Shown piece by piece: positions 7,301 through 15,390 of a stretch of 38,037 nt of DNA. Every line of letters begins with the position of its first letter. Position 1 is the stretch's first letter. The position numbers were made by a program, and so were the translations under genes. The notes below the pieces were generated by a model, which saw only the letters and a list, made by a program, of their open reading frames with translations, had not been told where the DNA came from and ran no database searches. Source of the DNA: Rickettsiales bacterium (GTDB lineage: Bacteria > Pseudomonadota > Alphaproteobacteria > Rickettsiales > Midichloriaceae); assembly GCA_044446225.1 (NCBI GenBank), contig JBIOER010000001.1, forward strand, positions 1 to 38,037. The letters run 5' to 3'.

Positions 7301-9463
7301 CATTTCCATAAAAACGAAGGGTGGAACTCCGATAAGCTTCTGAAGATTTCTAACCAATTAGAAAAATTCCTAACTGAATATAATAAACACTCAACTGATC
7401 AGGAGTTAGAAAAGCTCAGTGGTATCAAATTTGATGAAGTACTTTCTAAAAAACGAGATATAGAGAATTCATTACAACTAGCCATTTTTGCCTTAGGATT
7501 AGATAAGGATTTGAAAAGTGCTCTGATACAGACTCTGCAACATGATGAACTTGATAAACTTACGTCTCTTTCAGATTCAATTATAGTCGTTGATACTGCA
7601 GCTAATGAGTCATTAGATAAAATAGCAATACTGACTGGACTAGATATTAAGACCTGGTTGCTTGGTACTCATGCCGAAAATGCACATCATCTTAGCCAAG
7701 CGGCAAATGACAAACAAGGACTTATATCTTATGCACGTTTAAATGGTTTAATAGGTGAGTTTTCTGAAAAAGGCCATATTCATTTTATAAAAGAACTTTT
7801 GGAAAATTATGATTTACCGATGGATGTATCCAACGCTTTTATGGCAGTATATACCCAAGCATTGGCACGCGAAGTATATAAGCAATTTAATGCTGTTTTG
7901 TCCAGGTTTGATGGGGTGAAGCTATCCTCTTTACGCAGACAACTTGCTGATCTAGACAAGCAAATAATTCATCTATCAAGAGAACGCTTGCGAGCACAGT
8001 TATACCACAGTGCAAACCCGCCCCGTGGCAAGGGTATTGGCAAGAAAAGTGAGCTTACAGAAATGGCGCTTCTAAAAAATGAAACTGCTAAAAAACAGCG
8101 CTACACTCCTGTAAGGGATCTAACGGAAAGAGCTGGTAAGTCCTTAATTGAATTAAAGCCTTGCTGGATGATGTCTCCATTAGCTGTCGCCCAATATATT
8201 CCTCAAGGAACAATTACATTTGATTTAGCAATAATTGATGAAGCTTCTCAGATGACACCAGAGAATGCAATTGGCGCGCTAATTCGTGCAAAACAAGTAA
8301 TGGTTGTGGGAGATACTAATCAGTTGCCACCTACTGATTTTTTTAGAAAAGTTTTAGAAGATGAGGAGGCGGATGAGGATGAGGCAGTTACGGAGGAGTC
8401 AATTCTTGAGATGGCTAATGCAACATTTAAACCCGCAAGAAGATTGCGCTGGCATTATCGCTCTCTTCACTCGGGCCTAATAGCTTTTTCAAACATGCAT
8501 GTTTATGAAAACGATTTGGTTATATTCCCTTCAGCATCTGAAAATCATTCTTACATGGGCGTTCACTACAAGCTTGTTGAGAATGGGCTCTACTCTTCTG
8601 GGACAAACCCAGTTGAAGCAAAAGCTATGGTTGATGCAGCTATAGATTTTATGATTAATCACTCAGACTTATCTTTGGGGATCGTAACCTTAAATCAAAA
8701 GCAAAGAGATTTACTACTAGATGAAATGAATTATGCGTTTGAGCATAATAGCCAGGCTGTAAAATACAAAGAGCGATGGGAGAGAGAAAAATATGGCTTA
8801 GAACCGTTTTTTATCAAGAATTTAGAAAACGTTCAAGGGGATGAGCGAGACGTTATATTTATTGGCACAGTTTATGGCGCGGAAAAACCAGGAGCTCCTG
8901 TGATGCAGAGATTTGGCCCAATAAATGGGGTCGCCGGCAAAAGAAGGTTAAATGTACTTTTCTCTAGAGCGAAAAGGCGCATAGTGACTTTTTCTTCGAT
9001 GCGGGCTACTGATATTAAAGCTGAGCAAGATAGCAATCCTGGCGTCTATATGCTGAAATGCTGGTTAGAGTATAGCGCTAGCAAAATGATAGAGAGGGGC
9101 ACTGCAATAGAGAGGGAGCCTGATTCTGATTTTGAGCGGCATGTGATTCAGCAGATTAAATCAATTGGCTTTGAGGCAATTCCTCAAATTGGTGTCTCAG
9201 GCTATTTTATTGATATAGGAGTCCGTCACCCTTCATGGCCTCATGGCTTTATTATGGGTGTTGAATGTGATGGGGCAGCATATCACTCATCCAAATCTGC
9301 TCGTGATAGAGACAGGTTGCGACAGGAAGTTCTAGAGGGACGCGGGTGGTATTTATACCGAATTTGGTCAACTGATTGGTTTGAAGATCCCGCACGAGAA
9401 ACACAAAAGCTTAAAAGAGTGATTGAAGAACGGTTGAAGCAGATGAAAATGCAGATTGGCTAA
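4355..9463 (+). CDS. Giant DUF4011-type Upf1-like SF1 helicase fused to a C-terminal Vsr/DUF559-like (REase) endonuclease domain, 1702 aa
   Basis: GTG start with AAGGGGG 6 nt upstream. The N-terminal RPKLLDLTRRNPLLS motif is DUF4011-like. Helicase motifs are Walker A GPPGTGKSQT (5558..), motif II IIDEASQM (8231..), VVGDTNQLPPT, VQGDERDVIFI and RRLNVLFSRAKRR. The C-terminus reads GVECDGAAYHSSKSARDRDRLRQEVLEGRGWYLYRIWSTDWF. Confidence 0.88.
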   Translation: MVVGKYVEDNKNENIVKLIKSRIENLRPKLLDLTRRNPLLSVKYSDRSNSYIRVVDEVLSALFARLSSGEIKIVPLPALEEDPKDELSREFLDALAEARLTDLLYLKALDEINQDDKDSANLLSLTDRGLKDRLREQLTMPPRQTKANTSVQQHALNHKINPSYDLLKIPEGDHHNDEEIQTLLLPDLLERRVNALYTKEKTWVDETGISVLHAAFGFLEWQENNTSQPSYAPLILLPVVLEKKRSSSGQVFLLNGSEDAPLGNTVLAEKLRLEFNIIIPEYTSEQPIDEYLELIAKQIPKSLPWKVRPWVTIGVFPSARLAMYYDLNTKLSTSWDFASHPVISALLGGSETGNDNTPFGDEYEVDDPEIEAKVPLLVTDADSSQFSVIADISDGKNLAVEGPPGTGKSQTIVNTIAAMLAKGKKILFVAEKVAALEVVRTRLEAFSLGEYILSLQATRSSKTQVIASIRERIEMESCTEPKELENKISQFKKARQEIKSYIDVLKTPFLETGLNTYQILGRSINLRKSTDSLPNSLKNYSFSDLQIMTTAKVDEIISICQNLEQAWLDTKQHPDWWKGITVTNLAPFITSDILKQVNEAAITYTKLVAIRETLHAFGIDKEKQIEKLTIFGLGISSLLGTVKSNHVPLALTCNSQEVIKRVQSFVDAASKLQEEREELETHIINIFEPGVLENVTRITELVVRYNIGDIADVTLDKLIDERLVHISKLTEAISFLYSASFISPAFRQLPIKSILAACELVRKLPRDALMLRSKELMTSDSKIIIEKAKKRTENLCLQQASLINKFQLTPLPDQNLLMHHLGILANSNIFSFFTPSYHKAKKFYIGLSKNVTFNKETAISGLKEFHKWLSDTNELFSDKNMLNILGLRFNKLETNFEPYIELFNYFAEIDRSFSELEAMPLKEFLRLGDNDSLLSLPQPPIDHPVRLFQSDTLASVEEQLRKFEDELLQVKAAIEDIKKATKHFHKNEGWNSDKLLKISNQLEKFLTEYNKHSTDQELEKLSGIKFDEVLSKKRDIENSLQLAIFALGLDKDLKSALIQTLQHDELDKLTSLSDSIIVVDTAANESLDKIAILTGLDIKTWLLGTHAENAHHLSQAANDKQGLISYARLNGLIGEFSEKGHIHFIKELLENYDLPMDVSNAFMAVYTQALAREVYKQFNAVLSRFDGVKLSSLRRQLADLDKQIIHLSRERLRAQLYHSANPPRGKGIGKKSELTEMALLKNETAKKQRYTPVRDLTERAGKSLIELKPCWMMSPLAVAQYIPQGTITFDLAIIDEASQMTPENAIGALIRAKQVMVVGDTNQLPPTDFFRKVLEDEEADEDEAVTEESILEMANATFKPARRLRWHYRSLHSGLIAFSNMHVYENDLVIFPSASENHSYMGVHYKLVENGLYSSGTNPVEAKAMVDAAIDFMINHSDLSLGIVTLNQKQRDLLLDEMNYAFEHNSQAVKYKERWEREKYGLEPFFIKNLENVQGDERDVIFIGTVYGAEKPGAPVMQRFGPINGVAGKRRLNVLFSRAKRRIVTFSSMRATDIKAEQDSNPGVYMLKCWLEYSASKMIERGTAIEREPDSDFERHVIQQIKSIGFEAIPQIGVSGYFIDIGVRHPSWPHGFIMGVECDGAAYHSSKSARDRDRLRQEVLEGRGWYLYRIWSTDWFEDPARETQKLKRVIEERLKQMKMQIG

Positions 9464-9576
9464 AGCTATAAGCGACAATTTTCTCTTATCTTTTGGCTCA
9501 ATTTTCTGGAGCTATATCAATTTTTCGACTACTAAAGCAAAATTTTTATGGGCATAGTCAACTTAACACTAATGTC

Positions 9577-10368
9577 TCAACCAGCAAGCATAACCGCAGA
9601 CATTTGACAGCCGAATATCGCTTTCTTTTCATGCGTGCTTCTGCGGAAGCTGAAGTACTTTTCAGGCTGCGAATACGTGTCCTCACCTACGTCAGAAATG
9701 TTAAGCAATCCCGAAGTTGCAAGCCTTCGCGCGCAATAACCGGGAAGGTCAAACATGTAACGACCCTCATTGACTGAATCGATAAAAAGACTAGCGTTGG
9801 CAGGAGATTGGTCTAAAAACTGATCGCGAAAGTTTGCATCCACTTCGTATGATTTTTGGCCAATTGTTGGGCCAATCGTCGCGTGAATGTTCTTTTTGTC
9901 CGCTCCCAACACTACCATTGCCGCAATAGTATTTTCAATAATCCCGGCAATCGCTCCTTTCCAACCCGCATGGCACGCACCAATTACTTTGGCGTGATTG
10001 TCCTCAAATACTATCGGGCAACAGTCCCCTGTAATAACTCCCAGCACAATATTTGGTAAAGTTGTAACTAGACCATCAGCTTCTATTTCATCGGTTATCA
10101 TATCCGCCGCAGTAATATGCACCACCTTATTAGTGTGGTTTTGATCAAGGTGTTTTACTGGCAATCGCTGATCGCCAAAATGCGCGGCCACTATCCGTAA
10201 GTTTTGCTGGTAGTCTTCAAAATTATCGCCCAATCCTTTCTTTCTCATAAAGGCTAAACTTGCGTACTCACCTTTGCTCACGCCGCCATTTCTAGTAAAG
10301 AAGTTTTTCTTAATTTGCATATAAACCATTTTACCAGAGATTATACTATCTCTTCTTCTCATTTTCAA
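9577..10368 (-). CDS. pgeF: Peptidoglycan editing factor PgeF / YfiH (laccase-domain, DUF152) protein
   Basis: Motifs HTNKVVHIT, ADGLVT, GVITGDCCPIVF and GACHAGWKG are present. The real start is more likely the ATG at 10329 or 10320 (MVYMQIKK / MQIKK), which would avoid a 23-nt overlap with the upstream gene. Confidence 0.88.
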   Translation of the reverse strand: MKMRRRDSIISGKMVYMQIKKNFFTRNGGVSKGEYASLAFMRKKGLGDNFEDYQQNLRIVAAHFGDQRLPVKHLDQNHTNKVVHITAADMITDEIEADGLVTTLPNIVLGVITGDCCPIVFEDNHAKVIGACHAGWKGAIAGIIENTIAAMVVLGADKKNIHATIGPTIGQKSYEVDANFRDQFLDQSPANASLFIDSVNEGRYMFDLPGYCARRLATSGLLNISDVGEDTYSQPEKYFSFRRSTHEKKAIFGCQMSAVMLAG

Positions 10369-12631
10369 TCACAGCTTTTTTGGCCTCTTCTTCTAACTCT
10401 CTCTTCACTTTGTCAAGCTGTTGAAGCGCACTACCACTAGTGCTAATGTGCGACTCATCTCCCTCCATCATCGCGCTTCCTGCCTGAGCAATCCCTTGTG
10501 CAGTTTTAGTCACCGTATCCAGCCCAGATTTCTTCAACGCATCATAGCCAGTTCCAATAAAGTTCACCCGCTTCATCGCGGTCGCGAAACGTCCGCCAGA
10601 TGCATAATCTGCAGTGTGAGAACCTAAATCAGCGGCTGCAGATACCGTTCCTCTAGCCTGATATGCCGAATCAATTAAAGCTTTATACGCACCACTTGCC
10701 ATACCTGATACCGGCCTAAATTGCGATTTGCTTAACGCATCAATGATTGGTGGAATTTCCGTCATCACCATTTCAAAGATGAGGGAAACAATTAGAAATC
10801 CTACGACATTGGCAACATTTATCGTGCTTTCCAAAGCTCCTAAGTCGTACGGATACCAAAAATTAAAATCCCAAAAATTGAATACATTAGGGGCCGGTGC
10901 AAAGAATGAGAATATGTATTCCCAGCATACTTGGTAAGAGAATAGGTTTTCAATTTGATTTAATAGCAAAGTTACCATTAGCGCCAATAACGCATTGACG
11001 GATATAATCATCATACCGCTGGCAATTAACAGATTCATCCAATTCTCAAATAGTTTTTTGGTGAATTGGAAAAGTATCATAATGATAAATAGAGGAGCAA
11101 TCACAATCAGCAGCGCGAGCAACATAATTGATGTCAGGTAAATCAACAAAGCTCTTAACATCCCTAAGAAAATCAACCCCATACACACCCAAAAAATTGG
11201 TATGAGATAAAAATACTTTGTAAACAATAGCCCAATAACTTTGGCGTTGAGCTGAGTCGAAATTAACAGATTTAAAATCACATCAAATACCGCCAACGCA
11301 TTAGAATTCGGTGGCAATGCAAATAGTGGTGAATTAGGATCACCACCATAAAAAAGTGTGGCGTTAAGAATAACCGTTCCAATATACTGCGCTCCAGGAC
11401 CAACGAAACTAAAAAGGTACGTATTAAAAAAAGTAAAGCTGCTGGGCGATATCACTATTAGGACAATAGAAATTTTAAAGAGCCGAGTAATAAGCTCCCC
11501 TTGGGTAATATTTAGGTTACCCATCATAAACATAAGCGCAGTCATCACTATATATAGAAGCACTGTTGCTCTAACTATATTTATAAAACCAAACTGCTGA
11601 GTGATGTTCACATATAGAGCTTGCGTTACGCTTTCTAGCTGTGATTGGAAAGCCTCCACCGTACGTTCAATCATTCCCATTCCAGTATAGGAACCCGAGG
11701 TTATGGTAATATTATACCCTCCAGTATTATCTTGATAATACGAATCAAGGATTTTAAAATATAATATTCCCTGAGGCACATATGGCTGGCCAGACGCATC
11801 TGTATCCGTGATGCAAGTAAAGCCAGTTGCCCCAGCAGATTGGTCTACATAACATTGTTGGGTAGATGCTATTTGAGCAGAGCACGTCCCATCCGCGTTC
11901 TGTGTGAGAGGCACGTTAAATGTTCTAAAATCTATAGACGGTGGAAACATTGAGGTCTGTGCATTTGCGTTGGGGTCAGCAAACGTTCCATTGTTGTTTA
12001 GCGCAATTAATCCGTACAAACCGTATCCATTACAAGGATTTGAGCAAGCCGCACCTAGCTGAGCATTTGATGCGCAACCTGCTGAAATTTTACACGGAAG
12101 ATTGGTCAAATTAGTACCACCAACATTTAAAGTTAGCCCCTGACCGGACATACACGCCGAATTGTTCGCCAGAGGATCCGAGTTAGGTTGGCAAGCTTGA
12201 AATATACATTCTTTGTAGGAGCTAATTGAATCTGAAGTGGTAGTGCCGGAAGTCAACTGCTGTATACTAGACTCCGAAAAAATTTGTAAAGGCGCCCATG
12301 CACCGGAAACAGTAAGTGTTAGTACGTTTCGCAGTGGCGTGCAGTTTGTTGCACCACTTGGGCAAACCTGAGTTTGTCCGGCACCATAGGTATGGATATT
12401 GGTGTTCAGCCACTTTACTACCTGACTTTGAAAAGGGGTACTCTGCATTAAAGAATTTGTCGGCATCTGGTTCGGATTAGAACATACTGTGACCGATCCA
12501 ACATAGCCAAAAGCGTCTGACGCAATACAGTTATTTGAATCAGCTGGCGTACAGCTGGTTGGACTGACAGCGTAACTTACTACAGGCCAACTAGATAACA
12601 ATAGTACTAATAATATTTTCTTTAACATCAC
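10346..12631 (-). CDS. virB6: VirB6-like T4SS inner-membrane protein, paralog 5 (761 aa) with a roughly 340-aa N-terminal Cys-rich domain
   Basis: Last gene of the virB3-virB4 operon. Signal peptide MMLKKILLVLLLSSWPVVSYA. The polytopic hydrophobic block starts at IVRATVLLYIVMTALMF and contains FFNTYLFSF, which is shared with 12628..15390. The ATG at 12628 overlaps the upstream stop (TGATG). Confidence 0.72.
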   Translation of the reverse strand: MMLKKILLVLLLSSWPVVSYAVSPTSCTPADSNNCIASDAFGYVGSVTVCSNPNQMPTNSLMQSTPFQSQVVKWLNTNIHTYGAGQTQVCPSGATNCTPLRNVLTLTVSGAWAPLQIFSESSIQQLTSGTTTSDSISSYKECIFQACQPNSDPLANNSACMSGQGLTLNVGGTNLTNLPCKISAGCASNAQLGAACSNPCNGYGLYGLIALNNNGTFADPNANAQTSMFPPSIDFRTFNVPLTQNADGTCSAQIASTQQCYVDQSAGATGFTCITDTDASGQPYVPQGILYFKILDSYYQDNTGGYNITITSGSYTGMGMIERTVEAFQSQLESVTQALYVNITQQFGFINIVRATVLLYIVMTALMFMMGNLNITQGELITRLFKISIVLIVISPSSFTFFNTYLFSFVGPGAQYIGTVILNATLFYGGDPNSPLFALPPNSNALAVFDVILNLLISTQLNAKVIGLLFTKYFYLIPIFWVCMGLIFLGMLRALLIYLTSIMLLALLIVIAPLFIIMILFQFTKKLFENWMNLLIASGMMIISVNALLALMVTLLLNQIENLFSYQVCWEYIFSFFAPAPNVFNFWDFNFWYPYDLGALESTINVANVVGFLIVSLIFEMVMTEIPPIIDALSKSQFRPVSGMASGAYKALIDSAYQARGTVSAAADLGSHTADYASGGRFATAMKRVNFIGTGYDALKKSGLDTVTKTAQGIAQAGSAMMEGDESHISTSGSALQQLDKVKRELEEEAKKAVIENEKKR

Positions 12632-15390
12632 GGTTTCAGGTTCCTCGCTTTTCTCTTATCTTGTGCATTTTTCTCCCACTTACCTTCTGTCGCTTGAGAT
12701 ATAAACATAGAGTCTTTCATCGCCCGAGAATGCTGCTGGACCTCTTTGGATCTGCCAGTAACAAAGCCGGCGGTATCAGATAGTCCGGTTAGTGGTTTTG
12801 CATAGCTACTGATATTACCAAAAGCACCTAAGTCAACACCACTGTTAAACCCAAATCCAATCAGTTGGTTAGTAAGTGAAATCATAAACGGAACAAAAAC
12901 GTACATTGCTTGTGAAATAATCAAAAGATAGAAAACTGAAGCATAGGTGAATAATGGACCAACTATAGCTCCATCTGTCCCCACTGGCAAATGCAGTGAA
13001 TACAAAGTTTGGAACAGCGAGAGCACACATAAATTTATTATCGGTGGGACATATAGTTTTATATAGCACGCATTGCAAACAGTAAACCCTAATACTATTT
13101 CTAAGCCCAAGAGTAATAAAGACGCAAACATACCAACTGCCAAAACTATGAACACCGGTTGCAAAGCAACCGTAACCAATTGCTCGAGCCAACTAATAAA
13201 TAACTTGCGCGTATAATCAAACAACGCAAAAGAAATAAATATCGGCGCCAGCAACAATAAGAACCCCATAATAACTAGAGACATCGTGTAGATAAGCATC
13301 GCCTTGAATATCGTGTAAGCGTAGGTGACACCTGAAATAAATATCGCAATCGCGATAAAATACCCCATGTAAGTGGAAACGCAAAGCGCCAGGAGTTTTA
13401 TCCAAGTAACCTTTGAAAAGATCATTGTTAACGGCGCAGCAAAGACATTAAAGACCATATCCGGCGTAGCTAGAATTGCTGCTTCCTGAGTCGAACTAAC
13501 ATTAAACTGGGTGTAATTTACCATTTTGGCCATTAAATCCACCCCTCCTTGTATATAAAACGAGAATAAATAGGTGTTAAAAAATGCCCAACTATTGGGC
13601 GAAAGCAATGCTATGACTATACCAATAAAGAAGATTCTCTTTAAGCCATCTTTTTGTGTAATCTGTGCGATACCCATGACATAACTAAGACCGGTAAACG
13701 CAATGTATAAAGTCAAAAGCGCTCTTACTATTTTCATAAAGTTACTATCGGCAACCAGCGAATTAAACAAATTCTGTACCACTCCAGGATTAGTGCCACT
13801 ACCATAGAAATAAGTTCTTACCACGCCAATTTCTGTTGTAATTGGGGTAAATAAATTACTACCTTGTGCCGGGAGCTTTGTAACTTGGAGCGTATATGCA
13901 CCTCCTTGATTACCAATTCCATAGATATTTTTTACATTCGCCACACTTGAAGCGCAAATAGGATCAAGTGGGTTACATGTAGGCAGCACATTGCCAGGAG
14001 TAGTGAGCGGCGCATTAACCCTCATAAAAACTACGCCGGCACTTTGCGCCGTAACTTGAGCAACATTCTGTAACTGCTGGGTGCTTATGTCTATCCAATC
14101 GGAAGCTTTAGGAACAGCACCAGGAGCAGCAATTGCATATTGCAAAAATTCCCCATTATAATATGGGCATCCGTATCGAGTAATTGATACTATCGCCCCA
14201 CCTAAATTATCCGCCCAATTAGTTGCAGGACCAAGATCGTAATGGGTAATACCTAGTCGAGTAAAATTACTTGGCGCAAACCCATTTAATATCCCAGCGA
14301 ATGTAACACTTTTTTTACCAATCACATCACAAGTATTGGAAGGGTCATATTCAGTTGCAGCCGTTCCGTTCAAGCCATTCCACGTAATACTTGCATTAGC
14401 CGCTTGAGCTGCTTGAATAGTAACAACTGCGTCAGTGTTACAAACTGTTGTACCTTGAGAGTTTTTAAATGGAGATCCATTCACCTCAATGGTTGGAAAT
14501 TGCAATTGATCTCCCGGCAAATAAGACTGTGAATTATTATAGGATGAAAGATTACCCCAAATGCTATAATTAGCTGGGTAAATTATTAACCTGGGATCTT
14601 GAGTTCCGTAAGGTGGAGAAGATGGTATCGGAGTATATGGAGCGCTAATTAAATCCGTCACATAACTAATACTAAGAAAATCTCCATCTTTAACATCGAT
14701 ACTAGTATCAGTGGGCAAATAATTTCTCGCACTCCAAGACCCGCTACTAGAGTTCATCGCGTGCCATGAATTATTACCTGACCAAGCAGCGTTATTTTCA
14801 CCTGCAAAAACTGGATAGATAGTAACGCTATTATAGCCGCATGTATAAATAACTCCTTGACCTACCCCGCTAACGCTATTGCTACTAAAATTATTAAAGG
14901 TAAGCGAATCCCCTACTGCTACTGAAAGTGATGTCTCATAGGCATTATAAACAGCGGCTGATGAATTGGTGGGGTCTGTAGAGCATGCAATTTGTATCGG
15001 CCCTGGTGAATTAGCAGTTGTGACTGACCCACCTGAAGAACCTATATTAATGCTGCTTGGGTTGTAAAGCTGCCCCTGCTCACAAGCTCTGGTACAAGCC
15101 GAAATAATTGGCGCATTAAGTTCAAAACCCGCTGTTACTCCTGAAAGCCTAGAGTACTGTCCACACTCGTTGGTACAAATTTGCGTACACTGCTTACCTA
15201 CTGGACCAATGTTGAAACTATCTTGATCTAGATCCCCCAGCTGATAACCGTAAATGCATTCTGTATATAAGCCAATCGGAGAATACTGAGTGCCACCCGA
15301 TTGCGCTGCCGCTACCATTTGCGCTTGCGCTTGCGAAGCAAAAAACACCGCTAATACCAATACACCAGTGATAAGGATTTTCTTCATCAC
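12628..15390 (-). CDS. virB6: VirB6-like T4SS inner-membrane protein, paralog 4 (920 aa) with a roughly 550-aa N-terminal Cys-rich domain
   Basis: Signal peptide MMKKILITGVLVLAVFFASQAQA. The N-domain is paralogous to that of 23698..26775. The polytopic block runs IVRALLTLYIAFTGLSY...FFNTYLFSF... The start is coupled to the upstream stop (GGGGGTGATG). Confidence 0.75.
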   Translation of the reverse strand: MMKKILITGVLVLAVFFASQAQAQMVAAAQSGGTQYSPIGLYTECIYGYQLGDLDQDSFNIGPVGKQCTQICTNECGQYSRLSGVTAGFELNAPIISACTRACEQGQLYNPSSINIGSSGGSVTTANSPGPIQIACSTDPTNSSAAVYNAYETSLSVAVGDSLTFNNFSSNSVSGVGQGVIYTCGYNSVTIYPVFAGENNAAWSGNNSWHAMNSSSGSWSARNYLPTDTSIDVKDGDFLSISYVTDLISAPYTPIPSSPPYGTQDPRLIIYPANYSIWGNLSSYNNSQSYLPGDQLQFPTIEVNGSPFKNSQGTTVCNTDAVVTIQAAQAANASITWNGLNGTAATEYDPSNTCDVIGKKSVTFAGILNGFAPSNFTRLGITHYDLGPATNWADNLGGAIVSITRYGCPYYNGEFLQYAIAAPGAVPKASDWIDISTQQLQNVAQVTAQSAGVVFMRVNAPLTTPGNVLPTCNPLDPICASSVANVKNIYGIGNQGGAYTLQVTKLPAQGSNLFTPITTEIGVVRTYFYGSGTNPGVVQNLFNSLVADSNFMKIVRALLTLYIAFTGLSYVMGIAQITQKDGLKRIFFIGIVIALLSPNSWAFFNTYLFSFYIQGGVDLMAKMVNYTQFNVSSTQEAAILATPDMVFNVFAAPLTMIFSKVTWIKLLALCVSTYMGYFIAIAIFISGVTYAYTIFKAMLIYTMSLVIMGFLLLLAPIFISFALFDYTRKLFISWLEQLVTVALQPVFIVLAVGMFASLLLLGLEIVLGFTVCNACYIKLYVPPIINLCVLSLFQTLYSLHLPVGTDGAIVGPLFTYASVFYLLIISQAMYVFVPFMISLTNQLIGFGFNSGVDLGAFGNISSYAKPLTGLSDTAGFVTGRSKEVQQHSRAMKDSMFISQATEGKWEKNAQDKRKARNLKP

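Noticed and set aside
9464-9517. Symmetric arrangement AGCTATA - CAATTTTCT ... CAATTTTCT - AGCTATA in the helicase/pgeF convergent spacer
   Set aside because: These are direct repeats, not inverted ones, so they do not form a terminator hairpin. The words are short and A+T-rich, and I can assign no function.
9493-9777. 94-aa plus-strand ORF after the helicase gene
   Set aside because: Most of it is antisense to the well-supported pgeF C-terminus. It has no ribosome-binding site and its composition is odd.
12869-13405. Same-strand, alternative-frame ORFs (12869..13192, 13217..13405) and similar internal ORFs elsewhere in the T4SS genes (for example 17216..17452 on the minus strand, and antisense 18642..18941, 22864..23130 on the plus strand)
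   Set aside because: All are nested in alternative or antisense frames of long, paralog-supported genes. They are typical composition artefacts of TM-rich coding DNA.
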